DNA of 64,000 nt from Eledone cirrhosa (taxonomy: Eukaryota): contig OZ024744.1 in NCBI GenBank assembly GCA_964016885.1, positions 113,398,001 to 113,462,000 on the forward strand. Direction: 5' to 3'. The number at the start of each line of letters is the position of its first letter. Position 1 is the stretch's first letter. A model generated the notes under the pieces. That model was not told the origin of the DNA. It saw only the letters and a list, made by a program, of their open reading frames with translations, and made no database searches. A program made the translations under genes and the position numbers. Below, piece by piece: positions 45,481 to 61,963 of this stretch.

Positions 45481-47485
45481 TTATTGCGTGGCGCCAGAGG
45501 TCATGGTCGTGTGTCATTGCTCTTGAGAGGTGCAATTGGGTAAGGTCGGCCTTTATCATCTCATCCCAGGTCTTCTTGGGTCTCTCCACTCCGCAGCTTC
45601 CATCGACTTCTAGTGCCTTTTTATGCAGCTGTCATCCTTCATACGCATCACATGTCCATACCAATGCAACCGCCTCTCCTGCACATACCATTTGATTCCT
45701 CTTATGCTCAGTCTCTCTCTCAATTCATTTATGCTTTGCCGTTCGCGTATATTACTATTACACATCCATCGGAGCATGCCAGTCTTCTACACACAATGCC
45801 CAGGTCTTACTACCATGTAACATTGCTGTTCATATACACGCATCATACAGTCTGCCTTTCATTTTGAGGGAAAAGCCTTTTGCAGCTAGCAGTGGCAGTA
45901 GTTCCCTGAACTTCTTCCATCCCGTTTTTGCCTCAGTTGCTGTACTTTCAGAACATCCACCTCCGCTGCTAATTCAGTCACCTAGGTAGCAGAAGCTGTC
46001 TACTGTTTCTACAGAGCCCTCCCAGAGTTAGGTGGTGCTTGTTTCCTGTGGTCGTACAGCTGCTACATGTGAAGCTTACATTCTTAATTAAGCTTCCTGA
46101 GATCCCGCTACATCTCTTGTGTACCCATTGTTTGCATTTGGGACAGAGGATGGAGTTCCTACCTACACCTTTCCTACATACAGAGCAAGGCCATTTCCCT
46201 GAGGGAATCTGGGTTCTGTTTTCTCGTCTACTTACAAGGACCTTAGTCTTTGTCAGGCTGACTTTGGGACCCTTTCTTTCTAGTCCCTGCTTCCATGTTT
46301 CGAATTTCATCTCTAGTACCACCATGGAATCATCTATAAGTGCGAGGTCATCTGCATACAGAAGTTCCCATGGGCATCTGGTCTTAAACTCCTCCGTTAT
46401 TGCCTGCAAAACTATAATGAACAGGAGAGGGCTAAGAACAGAGCCCTGGTGGACACCAACCTGTATGCTAAATTCCTCGCTATACTTATTCCAAACTCTA
46501 ACTTTGCTGACTGCTCCTCTATACATGGCTTGTACAGCTTTCACAAGCCATTCATCTACCCCTAGTTTTCTAAGAGCCCACCAGATTATAACACGGGGGA
46601 CTCTGTCGAAGGCCTTTTCCAGATCGACGAATGCCAGGTAGAGCGGCTTACTTTTAGCTAGGTACTTTTCCTGTAATTGCCTCACAAGGAAGAGGGCATC
46701 AGTGGTGCCTCTTCCTGGTACAATCCCAAATTGCATCTCATCTAGTTTCACCCGGTCCCTAATCAACTGTGCTATAACTCTTTCTGTTACTTTCATGACC
46801 TGGTCCATCAGCTTTATACCTCTATAGTTTCCTCTATCTAGTGCCTCACCTTTACCCTTGTAGCAGTTGACAATGATGCTACTGCACCAATCCTTTGGTA
46901 TGATACCCTCTAGTATTATTTGGTTAACAATTTGTGTGGTTATTGTGTGACCTACCGACCCAGATGCCTTCAGCATCTCGGCAGCTATACTTGATGGACC
47001 GGTTGCCTTCCCTGACTTCATATCTTTGATTGCCTTACTTACTACACTGCTGCTGACTTGTACTGCTGGCTCCTCTATAGGGTCTACTTGGGGTAGGGTC
47101 TCTTCTTCCCATGCATTCTCCTCATTTAGTAATCTATCATAATGGCTCTTCCACGCATCTTTCTTCTCAGCACTTGTGAGGGCAAGCTCACCTTTATCAT
47201 TCTGGATACACTTCTCTCCAATGACATCACAATTCTCTCTGACACACTGCTTCGCAATCTTGAACACCTCCTGTTTCTGGTCCTCACGTTGTAAAACATG
47301 CTTGAATTTTCTATCCTCTGCTTCCCTCCTAGCTAAGTAGACTTGTCGCCTAGCTTCCCTCCTGGTCTCTATGTAATGTACCCTGCTTCCCCCGTTCTTC
47401 CATTCTTTCCATGCCTGTCTCTTGGCCTTAACTGCCTCATCTACCTTATTGTTCTACCACCAAGTCACTTTCCTCCTCCCTGTTA
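45481..47485 (-). mobile_element. RTE LINE fragment; 429-aa open stretch 45978-47267
   Basis: FVDLEKAFDRV, GVHQGSVLSPLLF, LYADD, C4HC3 finger. Confidence 0.95.
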
Positions 47486-47642
47486 TCAATTTTTCGAATT
47501 ACACCATGTTGGCTATTAGACATCTCCCTTAACTCATCTTCGTTCTCTCTATCTCATTCCGATTTATTTTATTACTGTTTATTCCTAAATCTCCTATGCT
47601 GATGATATATGTGTGCTGACTGCCTCTCTCTCTCACAATATA

Positions 47643-48565
47643 CAGGGTGCGGACGATATTTGTTCGCAATTTTCAACTGCTAATTTTATGCAATTTTTTT
47701 CTGCTTCCATTGTCACTCTTGTCTTCATAAAAACAGTGACTATATTTCCATTATTTATTTTCAGAATAATTGATTATGAATAATTTTGAACCTCCAAATT
47801 TATGAAAGAGACATGGAATTCTTCTTGAAATCCGCGCCGAGAGGACAAATAAGACCAGAAGATCAACTCTGAGAACAACAGGTGGGTCGCTATCTCATCC
47901 AAAGACGTGCCCAGAGTCATGCAGACAAAGTTTCCAGCGACAACATTGGTCTTAGGTGTCGTCAGCAGTCAAGGTGACGTCATGCCACCTCATTTCTTCC
48001 CTGAGGGCTTCAAGCTGAACACCGATGGCTACATCCGCGTTCTGAGAGAAGTAGTAAAGCCCTAGATCGACCAGGTAGCTGCAGGTTGGCCGTACGTGTG
48101 GCGGCAAGACTCAGCGCCCTGTCATACCGGCGGCAAGACTCAGCGCCCTGTCATACCAGCCGAAAGACCCAAGCCTGGCTGTCAGAGAACTTCGTCGACC
48201 ACACTTCACCTGACATCTGGCCGTCCAGCTCGCCTGACTGGAACCCCTTTGACTTCTTTGTGTGGGGCGCAGTGGAACGAGACACCAACAGATCTAGCTG
48301 CAATACAATAGACGATCTGAAGGCCAGGATCACAAGTGCCTTTAGGGGCCTAAGTCGGGGGACAGTGACGAAGGCCTGTAGCCGGTTCCGAGGCCGCCTT
48401 GAGACCGTCATCAAAGCCAATGGCAGGGTTTGTCAAGTGAGATCGAAAGAACAAGTCATGAAGACAACCTGACCCAAGTTTGATAAATATATCTTTAAAA
48501 ATAAAACTACTGTGTTAACTTTTTCCTAGACAGTAATCTTGCGAACAAATATCCTCCGCACCCTG
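47643..48565 (+). mobile_element. Internally deleted DD37D (maT-type) Tc1/mariner transposon
   Basis: 27-bp TIRs CAGGGTGCGGA(C/G)GATATTTGTTCGCAA, TA flanks; QDSAPCH...WPSSSPDWNPFD with 37 residues between the Ds; 29-bp tandem duplication 48101-48158. Confidence 0.92.
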
Positions 48566-48674
48566 TATATATATATATATATATTCATATATATATATAT
48601 ATACATATATATACATATATATATATATACATACATATATATATATATATATATACATATATATATACATATAT

Positions 48675-48738
<64 letters not shown>

Positions 48739-49175
48739 AGAGAGAGAGAGAGAGAGAGAGAGGAAGAGGAAGTAAGGTAGATAGAATAAGACAGAGGAAG
48801 GTAGATATATATATATGTATATATATAAATGAAAGTATAGAAATTATTGTGAGCATGAAGCCAACAGTATTTCATAATTGTTTCTACTTTTGGCACAAGG
48901 CCAGCAATTACCCAGTGCATTACTGGTACTTCATTTAATCGACCCCGTAAGGATGAAAGGCAAAGTCAACCTCACAGTATTTCATAATATATAATTATAT
49001 ATTATGACGTTATAGTCACTTATAAGTGACTATAACGTCAAATATATATATTATATATATATCATATATATAGTATGTATATATCACATATTATATATAT
49101 ATATAATATATATATATAATATATATATATATATTATATATATATATATATATTATATATATATATTATATATAT

Positions 49176-51853
49176 CATCATCATCATCATCATCACCGTT
49201 TTCCGTCCATTCTTCCACGCTACCATGGGTTAGGCGGGTTGTCCTGTTGTGGGCAGTGTCCGGTTAGCAGACCTTGTCTTGCTTCTACAGGAACTGATTC
49301 TGGCTTGATTTCTACAGCTGGATGCCCTTCCTAACACCAACCTCATTTACAGTGAGTGCTGGGTGCTTTTTTGCCGTGGCACCTACACGACCACTTTGCA
49401 GAGGGAGGGTGTGGGGGCATATTGTCTATATGCTTCAGCTTGTTCCCATGGGAGGTCGGGTACTCTGTATTACTGCGTGACGCCAGAGGTCACAGTCGTG
49501 TGTCATCGCCTTTGAGAGGTGTAATTGGATAGGGTCGCTTTCATCACCTCATCCCAGGTCTTCTTGGGTCTCTCCACTCCGTGGATTCCAATGACTTCTA
49601 TTGCTCTCCACCTTTTTATGCAGCTGTCATCCTTCATACGCATCACATTTCCATACCAACGCAACCGCCTCTCCTGCACACAGCATTTGACTCCTCTTAT
49701 GCTCAGTCTCCCTCTCAATTCATTTATGCTTTGTCGTTCGCGTATATTACTATTACACATCCATTGGAGCATGCAGGCTTCGTTTCTCTCTAATCTACGT
49801 AAGTGTTCCACCTTCAGCGCCCAGGTCTCACTACCATGTAACATTGCTGTTCGGATACACGCATCAGACAGTCTGCCTTTCATTTTGAGGGAGAAGCCTT
49901 TTGCAGCTAGCAGTGGCAGTAGTTCCCTGAACTTCTTCCATCCCGTTCTTACCCTAGTTATTGTACTTTCTGAACACCCACCTCCGCTGCTAATTGGGTA
50001 ACCCAGGTAGCAGAAGCTGTCTACTGTTTCTACAGAGCCCTCCCAGAGATTGGTGGTACTTGTTTCCTGTGGCTGTTTGCTGCTTGCTGTCCCAGTACTG
50101 CTGCTGCATGTGAAGCCTACATTCTTAGTTAAGCTTCCTGAGATCATGCTACATCTCTTGTGTACCTATTGTTTGCATTTGGGGCAGAGAATGGAGTTCC
50201 TACCTACACCTTTCCTACATACTGAGCAAGGCCATTTCTCTGAGGGGATCTGTGTTCTGTTTTCTCATCTACTTACAAGGACCTTAGTCTTTGTCAGGTT
50301 GACTTTGAGACCCTTTCTTTCTAGTCCCTGCTTCCAAGTTTGGAATTTCTTCTCTAGTTCTACCATAGATTCAGCTATAAGTGCGAGGTCATCTGCATAT
50401 AGGAGTTCCCATGGGCATCCGGTCTTAAACTCCTCCGTTATTGCCTGCAGGACTATGATGAACAGGAGAGGGCTAAGAACAGACCCTGGTGGACCCCAAC
50501 CTGTATGCTAAATTCCTCGCTATAGTCATTGCTAATCCTAACTTTGCTGACTGCTTCACTATACATGTCTTGTACAGCTTCCACAAGCCATTCATCTACT
50601 CGTAGTTTTCTAAGAGCCCACCAGATTATAGCACGTGGAACTCTGTCAAAGGCTTTCTTGAGATCGATGAATGCTAGGTAGAGTGGCTTACTTTTAGCTA
50701 GGTACTTTTCCTGTAACTGCCTCACAAGGAAGAGGGCATCAGTGGTGCCTTTTCCTGGTACAAACCCAAATTGAATCTCATCTAGTTTCACCCGGTCCCT
50801 AATCAACTGTGCTATAACTCTTTCTGTTACTTTCATGACCTGGTCCATCAGCTTTATACCTCTATAGTTTCCTCTATCTAGTGCATCACCTTTACCTTTG
50901 TAGCAGTTGACAATGATGCTACTGCACCAATCTTTTGGTATGACACCTTCTAGTATTACCTGGTTAACAATATGTGTGGTTATAGATGGACGTTGCCTTC
51001 CCCATCTTCATATCTTTCATTGCTTTACTTACTACGCTGCTGCTGACTTGTACTGCTGACCCCTCTATAGGTTCTACTTGGGGTAGGGTCTCTTCTTCCC
51101 ATGCATTCTCCTCATTTACTAATCTATCATAATGGCTCTTCCGTGCATCTTTCTTCTCAGCACTTGTGAGGTCAAGCTCACCTTTATCATTCTGGATACA
51201 CTTCTCTCCAATGACATCACAATTCTCTCTGACACACTGCCTCGCAATCTTGAACACCTCCTGTTTCTGGTCCTCACGTTGCAAAACATGCTTGAATTTT
51301 CTAACCTCAGCTTCCCTCCTAGCTAAGTATACTTGTCGCCTAGCTTCCCTCTTAGTCTCTATGTAATGTACCCTGCTTCCCCCGTTCTTCCATTCTTTCC
51401 ATGCCTGTCTCTTGATCTTAACTGCCTCATCTACCTTATTGTTCCACGCACCACCAAGTCACTCTCCTCCTGCTTGTGGTCTTACTCCAGCCACAGATCT
51501 CATCCGTCGCCTCTAGTAAGTTATTTTTTAGGAACTCCCAGTGCTCCTCTACATTGAATGTCTCTATCTGTTCTTCTTTCTGTCGTAGGTGTTGAGTAAA
51601 ATATCTTTAAATCTGTTACTGGCTGAGGGGTCTTTCAGCTTCCAGATCTTTCTTCTCCAGGTTGCCTTCTGTTTCCAGGTTCGTCTAGTTCTGACCGTGA
51701 GGTCGTTGATAACTAAGCTATGTTGGGAGGTAAATTCCTCACTAGGGAAGGCTTTGGTGTTTACGACCGTCCATCTGTCACGTCCTCTGATGAGGATAAA
51801 ATCTATCTGACTAGAATGCTTCCCTGATCTATAGGTAATCAGGTGGTTGTTGG

Positions 51854-51858
<5 letters not shown>
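49176..51858 (-). mobile_element. 5'-truncated RTE LINE with complete 3' UTR and (ATG)n tail
   Basis: ORFs 49503-51284 with RT motifs; close paralogue of 45481-47485. Confidence 0.95.
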
Positions 51859-53055
<1,197 letters not shown>

Positions 53056-53095
53056 ATATATATTATATATATATATATATTATATATATATTATA

Positions 53096-53363
53096 CTAAC
53101 AGAATGGCCCGGCGTTCCTCGGGATTCTAAACATAGATTGGCATGTTTATCCCTCCTTTCTGAAACAGTTTCGTTGTATGTTCACCACTTGATGCAGAAG
53201 TCCTAATAAAAAGGGAAGTCGCCTTGGGTGAATAGGTAAATAATTTTCCATTAAGATCTTTCAGAAGCATGTAATTGCGTTCCCTCTGTTTTTTGTTTTT
53301 GTTTTTGCTGCTGTCGAACCTCGTGAAATATTTGTTTATATTTTGTTATTGTGTATTATTTTA

Positions 53364-53433
<70 letters not shown>

Positions 53434-53840
53434 TAAAATAACAGATTAAAGTTTAAGCAAAGAATCGCTGCTTTCACTCTTAACAGGATCTTCTGAAACT
53501 AAAAAAATCAATCTGTGAACGCAGAAGTAAATATTTCAAAAAACGTTACACACTATATATATACACACACACTATATATACATATATACACACACACACA
53601 GATAGTGTCATAATGTCGTAATGCAGACAACCAGATATACAGACAGATATTATAAGGGCGCAATGTTCGGTGCCTAATGCGCAATATTTTTTGCTCAAAA
53701 CACTCACAGGACCATAAGTATTACATGTGTAAAGTTTAAAAACAATCGGTTGGGTGGTTCTCGAGTTTTAGGGAGTCAGGCAGACAGACAGACAGACAGA
53801 CAAACAGATAGACAGACATTCTCTGTTTTAGATATATAGA
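53096..53840 (-). mobile_element. Non-autonomous Helitron interrupted by a PLE pLTR (~53345-53665)
   Basis: Minus starts TCTATATATCTAAAAC, (GTCT)n; ends CCCG...CGGG hairpin + TTAG, matching 3884-3911. Confidence 0.7.
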
Positions 53841-54219
53841 TTATATATATTATATATATATTGTATATATTTATATTATATATATCATCCTCATCATCAT
53901 TTTATGTCCGCTTTTCCCTGCTACAGCTGGATGCCCTTCCTAATACCAACCTCATTTACAGTGAGTGCTGGGTGCTTTTTGCCGTGGCACCTCCACGACC
54001 ACTTTGCAGTGGAATGATAGGGCATGGTCGGGTCGTCGGCGACTAAACCGGCAACCCCACCAAGTTTACTTGGTGGGGTTGCCGGAGGGTCATTTTGGAC
54101 ACCCTGCAGGACAAAAAACAAAACCTGACAAAGGGCGGAAGAACTGATAAGAGTCAACGGCCATCCAAAAATGTGTAAATATGTATATACACATGTACAT
54201 ATGTATGTGTATGTATATA

Positions 54220-57200
54220 CGTGTGTATATGGCTGGGGTGTCAGGGAAGAGCATGTCCCACCTGACACTTAGCTCTCACCTGTGGCCCCAAGAAGCTGTA
54301 GCATGCGACAGCGGCCACACCCTGGTAAACCGCCTTGGCTGGCGGGCCGAACCAGGTTGAGGGTAGTCGGACGGGTCTGAAAGCCCCCGGTGAGTTAGAT
54401 AGGGGATGCCTTCCCCTGCATGCAAAGAGTGGACCCGGCGGAGTGAGTGGAGTAGGACAACATCGTACCCACAGTCACGAAGACGGCGACAGCAAGCAGT
54501 GTGGAGTGCTAGGGCATCCACTGCAGCCAAGGAAGTCCTTGGTCGCGACTGGCCTCTGTACCACCGGATTCTGGCTTCTGCGGCCGAGTAAGTGGGACCG
54601 TCACTGTGCACTGGCTCTCCCACTATAAACCTTTCCCGCACAGGTTTCTACTTTAGCGTGCACTCCCAAAGCCCTGCAGCGATGGGCGAGAGGCGGAGGT
54701 AACAGGTGGAGGTAACCTATGGGAGTTGACAGTCTGAAACCCACATCTGGGCGGCCTGGATGCGCAAGTCGTTCTCCTCCTGACCCAGGGATGACAGAGG
54801 AGATCAGGTGTTCCACCGCGCGACTGAGCAGCCCTTTTCAAGGGAGCACTGCTCACCCTCGCACGAGAGGAGGGGCAATAAAAGGAGCCCTAACCAAATG
54901 CTCGTCCCACACAAAGCCGGCCAGTCTACTGCGGCTGGCGGTTTTACCCTTCCAAGCGGTCGAAACCAACATAATAGAATGTGCACACCTTCATGGATAG
55001 GGAAACCTCCTTGAGGCCAGAGAGAAAAACTGCCCTCATAGCAAGGGAATTAGCTCTCGACCGGATCGACATAGCCGCCCTCAGCGAGAATAGACTCGCC
55101 GAAGAAGAATCAGTAGCAGAACCGAAAGGAGGCTACACCTTCTACTGGAAGGGCAATCCAAACAAAGGAGGAGGACAGAATCCACGGGGTAGGCCCGGCC
55201 ATCAGGACTTCACTCTGCAAGCAGCTACCAGACCTCCAAACACCTGTGAGTGAGCGGCTGATGAAGCTCCGCTTCCCCCTCGACCCATCTCGGCATATCA
55301 CAGTCATCAGCGTATACACCCCCACTCTCACCAGCAGTGATGAAGCAAAGGATGCTTTCTACGGGGAACTCAACGCACTCGTCAAGGGCGTCCCCCCAAG
55401 CGATAAACTCATCCTACTGGGGGACTTCAACGCAAGAGTCGGGTCTTACAGCAGCAACTGGAGAGGCATCCTGGGACCTAATGACACAGGGAAGCTGAAC
55501 TCTAACGGCCTCATACTGTTGAGGTTCTGCGCCGAGAACGACCTCACCATCACCAGCACACTGTTCCGCCAGGCAGACAAGTTCAAGGCGGTATGGATGC
55601 ACCGCAGGTCCAAACAGTGGAATCTGATTGACTTTGCCATATGCCGCAGGAGGGACATCCGTGACATCAGAATCACCAGGGCCATGCGTGATGCAGAGTG
55701 TTGTACCGACCATTGCCTTGCCATGACCATCCTGTCACTGCACATCACCCCGACGCATCACAAGACTCCGAAAGTCTGTAGGCCAGCTTTCGACGTTGCA
55801 CGACTCAAGTAGCCAGAGCATCGTGATGCGTTCGCGGAAGACCTGGGCGGCCGGCTGACTGCCCATCGACCACTGACTGAGCCCCCAACTCAACAGTGGG
55901 ACCAGTTCAAGTCGCTGGTGACAGAGTCTGCCAAGGCAACCATCGGGCCGAGGAAGAGAGTCCACCAGGACTGGTTTGATGAAAACGGTGAGCGCATCAG
56001 ACAACTCCTGGACGAGAAGAGGAGGGCTTTCATTGAGTGGCAGAATGACAGCTCTTCCACCTCGAAGCACGACCGCTTCAAGCACCTCCATAGGCAGACC
56101 CAAGCAGCGCTACGCAGAATGCAGGACAAGTGGTGGGAAAAGGAGGCCGAAGAAGTCGAGAGATACACTGACACAAAGAACTCCAAGATGTTCTTCAGCG
56201 CCATCGGGGACGTCTACGGACCCCCCAAGCCTGTCACCACACCGCTGCTATCTGCTGACGGCTCGATCCTGCTGCCCTCCACCAGGTTCCACAGAAGCCC
56301 GTAGTCGGCAGCCTCGACCCCCCCCCCCATGTTGGATGAAATCACGAAGGCAATCAACCAGACCAGCTCAGGAAAGGCCCCTGGGAAGGACGGGATTCCT
56401 GCCGAGATCTTCAAGTCGGCCGGTCCAGCTGCCCTGGGGGGGGGGGGGGGCTCTTCCACACCCTCCTCGTCAGCATATGGGAGGAAGAAGAGGTGCCCAA
56501 AGACTTCAGGGATGCCACAGTTGTCTCGCTTTTTAAGAACAAAGGCAGCAAAACTGACTGTGGCAACTATCGGGTCATTTCTCTTCTGTCCATCGCTGGG
56601 AAGGTCCTGGCTCGAGTCATGCTCAACCCCTCATCGCCAACATCTCGGAGGACAACCTGCCTGAGTCCCAGTGTGGGTTCCGCCCAAACGACAGCACGAT
56701 CGACATGATCTTCTCTGTACGCCAGGTTCAGGAGAAGTGTGTCGAGCAGAACATGGACCTCTTTGCCATCTTCATAGAATTGATGAAGGCCTTCGACACT
56801 GTCAACAGGGAGGCCCTCTGGTTAATCCTGTCGAAGTTTGGATGCCCGACAAAGTTTGTGAACCTGATACAGCAATTCCATGACGACATGACCGGGCAGG
56901 TGCGCTCGGGCAGAGAGGCATTGGAGCCGTTCGGAATCACCAACGGCGTCAAGCAAGGATGCGTGCTGGCTCCCGTCCTCTTCAACCTGTTCTTCACCTG
57001 CGTGCTCAATCATGCCGTCAGGGACCTTGAGCACAGAGTGTATCTGCGATACAGACTGGACGGCTCCCTGCGACGCCTGACAGCCAAGACAAGGACCGTG
57101 CAGAGGATCGTCCTGGAGGCACTTTTTGCTGACGACTGTATCCTCATGGCCCACAAGGACTCTGACCTCCATGTCATCGTCAACAAGTTCGCGGAGGCCT

Positions 57201-58085
57201 TCTGCCTCTTCGGTCTCACAATTAGCCTTGGCAAGACTGAGGTCCTGTTCCAGCCTGCACCCGCATCCGTCGCCCACCCTCCTTCCATCTCCATCGGAGG
57301 CTCCCAGCTAAAGACGGTGGACGACTTCAAGTGCCTCGGGAGTGTCATCAGCAGCGATGGAAGCCTCGACAAGGAGATAAACGCCAGAATCTGCAAGGCC
57401 AGTCAAGCCCTCAGCCGCCTGAGGACACGCGTCCTGAACCAGTACAATATCAGGCAGTCCACCAAGCTCAAGGTGTACAGAGGCGTTGTTCTCACCAGCA
57501 TCCTCTACGGATGTGAGACATGGACCCTGTACAGAAGGCACCTGAAGCAGCTGGAAAGGTGCCACATGCGCAGCCTGCGGTCAATCATGAACATCAAATG
57601 GCAGGACAAGGTCTCCAACCTCGAAGTTCTTGACATGGCTGAGACAACCAGTGTCGAAGCTATGATACTGAAGAGCCGACTGGGTGGGACACGTCATCCG
57701 GATGGACAATCACAGGCTTCCGAAGCAACTGATGTATGGGGAACTCTGTTCGGGGAAACGAAAGCGGGGCAGGCCTCTCAAGAGGTTCAAAGACTGCGTG
57801 AAGTCTAACATCAACAACACTGGAATAACGCCAAAACAACCCGAGTCCCATGCTCAGGACAGGACTGAGTGGCGAGCCCTTACCAGACGCGCCAAAGACT
57901 CTTTTGAAGAGAAGAGACGGGCAGAGGTCACTGACACCCGTGAAAGGAGGAGAAAGGCATCAACAGCTGCCCCAAGCGACTCCAGTCTCTTCCCCTGCCC
58001 CCACTGTCCCCGGACCTGCAAGTCAAGGATCGGCCTCCACAGCCACCTTCGTGCCCATGGCAGACGGGAACTAAAATAAAGGACA
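54220..58085 (+). mobile_element. Near full-length RTE-BovB-like LINE, frameshifted
   Basis: DIAALSENRL, LGDFNARVG, NYRVISLLS, GVKQGCVLAPVLF, LFADD, YGCETW, terminal CPHCPRTCKSRIGLHSH; ORF pieces 54981-58079. Confidence 0.95.
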
Positions 58086-58228
58086 ACTGTACGAACGTGC
58101 ATGCGCAGAAACGATCACCTCACACAGGCAATACTAAATTGTGTGCGAGAGGTGTAAGGGAGATAACTGCGAAAGTCCGAAAGTTTCTAATTGATAAGAA
58201 AATTAGGATGTAGTTGTAATTCAATCCT

Positions 58229-59195
58229 TTAGGTACCCAGACAGATAATGTTTTTGAGAATTATGTTAGTCTTGTGTATTATCTTTTGGTTCTGTTTGAA
58301 GTTCTGGATCTTAGGGAGGGTGTCTCGTTGCCCCATGTCAGATTCTTTCATTTTCATCCATTCGATCATAATTTCATCCTTCAAGTTGGCAAGTTCATTC
58401 TCATTCATTTCTTTATCATTTACGATCTCATTATTTTCATTTGGAGTTTCATCTTGAGCATGCACTCCCTCCACTTTTTCGATCCTTTCTTTAATTTGTT
58501 CTGTTGCCAGTGATTCCGCCCCAACCCTGGGATTCGAAGTGTTACAATTTACCTCGTTTTCACTGACACATGCTTCATTTTCCCTTCGCTGACTTTGTGC
58601 TAATAGCTTGATCTGATCAATTTCTATATCAGTTAGTAACTTTTTTCTTACAATATTTCTTCGTATATTGGCTAGTTTGTTACTGTCAATATAGCCTCTG
58701 TTTTCGGGATGTTTCTTTTTCCAGTTGATATATGTCTGTTCTGTATTTGATGTATTTGATGGGTAGTACATGGCAGTGTAGAAAGCCTCAAGGACTTCTT
58801 TATTATCTTCCCTTGACCATTTTTCTCTCTTTTTCTTTGGATTTCTTGGTGGTGAGCATGGGGGGCCAACAGTAGGAGTATTCCGGTTATGGGAGGTCTC
58901 CAGCTCCGAAGTGATGGGAAGGTTTGAACCATTAGCTGATTTTTCGACCCCAGCCTGGTTCCTCTCTGAGGGACGCGGCCCTTTTTTACCCGGGGGACGG
59001 CCGATCCGGTATGAGATTTTATCATTAGACATTTACTTTATTTTGTCGCGTTTTATCCTTATCTGCCAAGGGGTAATCATTTCGTGTTACCACTTCTAGA
59101 ACGAGTGTCAACCAAGACTAGAGGGGTCGTTCTCCCCTAGAGACACGGCTATTCCCCGCCGGCCGCCATCCCGGTATTTCTTGGTCACGGGGTTT
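58229..59195 (-). mobile_element. 5' part of a Dong/R4-like non-LTR element
   Basis: ORF 58229-59032 with KREKWSREDN...W...KLANIRRNIVRKKLLTDIEI, recalled as the R4/Dong N-terminal domain. Confidence 0.65.
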
Positions 59196-60176
59196 TCTTT
59201 TTGTTGTTTTTTTTAAATTGTTATTATCATGAGTGGTTCCTTAATGTGAGCATTGCGTGGCTTAAGAATGAAATTATTAATAATTGTCTCCACTCCAGGC
59301 ACAAGGCCAGCAATCACCCAGTGCATTACAATAATATAATATACTTTTTGCTGAAGTTGCCTGTTATTGTTGTTGGCTATGTCGGTGGTGGTGCTGGGGC
59401 TTTTTATATTGTTGGTGAGGAAGGGGTGAGCCAGCAGTGCCATAGTTGTTGATGTTGACGTTTGGCCGTTGGCCAGGTCACTAAGTCAATCTATTTATAT
59501 CTTTTGCTAGCCTCTCCCTTGTCTAGTGATACCGCAACCTTCCCCTTTCTCTCTCAAGTTAACAGGGAAATAGTGGTGGTAGCAATGAAGGAGTGGTGGC
59601 GGCGGTTATGGGATAGTGGTAGCAATGATGGATGAAGTGGTGGCGGCGGCGGTGGCGTTGTCGTTACTGAGTTTTGTGATATGTAGTATCTATGAGTTTG
59701 TGACGCGTATGTTTAATATATATTGTGTTGACATATTCCCGTAAAATTGGAATTAAACATTTTGTTAAAACTTGAGACAATAATAATAATAATTATTATT
59801 ATGATGCTGGGATTGGTGGTGGTGAAATTGCCGTTATCTGGCTGTTATATTTAGTGTGGTGGGGTAGGTGGTGTATCAAGTTTCTGGTGTTGGTGAACTT
59901 GCTGTTATTTGGCTGTTCTATATAGTGTAGACAGAGGGTGTTTTCTTCCATTTATAACCATTTTCTTTTTTTAATATAAAATATATAATACAAAATTGAA
60001 TATTTGAGCGATATAACAATATAATATGGATCCGAAATTTTATGGGACTTGATTCGGTGGTTTATGCAACATTTTTACTAAGAATTGTTATTTCACAATT
60101 GATTTAAATATGTTAAAAATCAAAAACTTACGGGAGCGATTTCATGACCTTCTACCACCTGGTGCGTCTTCTTCCC

Positions 60177-61517
<1,341 letters not shown>

Positions 61518-61537
61518 TCTTCTTCTTCTTCTTCTTC

Positions 61538-61581
<44 letters not shown>

Positions 61582-61777
61582 GGCGACCTACGTAGTAAAT
61601 CGTATCATCGTGAGCTCCGCAAAGGTTTGTTATTTCCGTTTGTTAAAAATTGTCATTTATGGAAAATGTTATTGTTAACTGTTTATAAGCGCACATACAT
61701 TGTTTTCCGAAAAGGACACCCAAAAAGATTGGGGCCTTGTGCCCAAAATTTAAACTTTTATTATTATCAAAAAAAAT
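61582..61777 (+). mobile_element. Probable 3' end of a LINE or related element
   Basis: Ends GGCCTTGTGCCCAAAATTTAAAC, (TTA)3, poly(A). Confidence 0.45.
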
Positions 61778-61963
61778 TTCTTTGAAAAAAATGGCTAATT
61801 CACCTCTGCACCAAACAGCTGAAAGCCTTCCTCACAAATTAACACCTCACACCGACACCACCATTGTAAATGTTACTACGTTTGCCAACACAAAAAAATA
61901 AATATAAGCAGTAGCAATATTTTAAATTTGTCTCAGGCAGACATTCATTTCCCGCCATTACCA

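Noticed and set aside
59330-60176. Host exon or gene in unassigned sequence
   Set aside because: Low-complexity GGT/ATT-rich DNA with no recognisable ORF or splice structure
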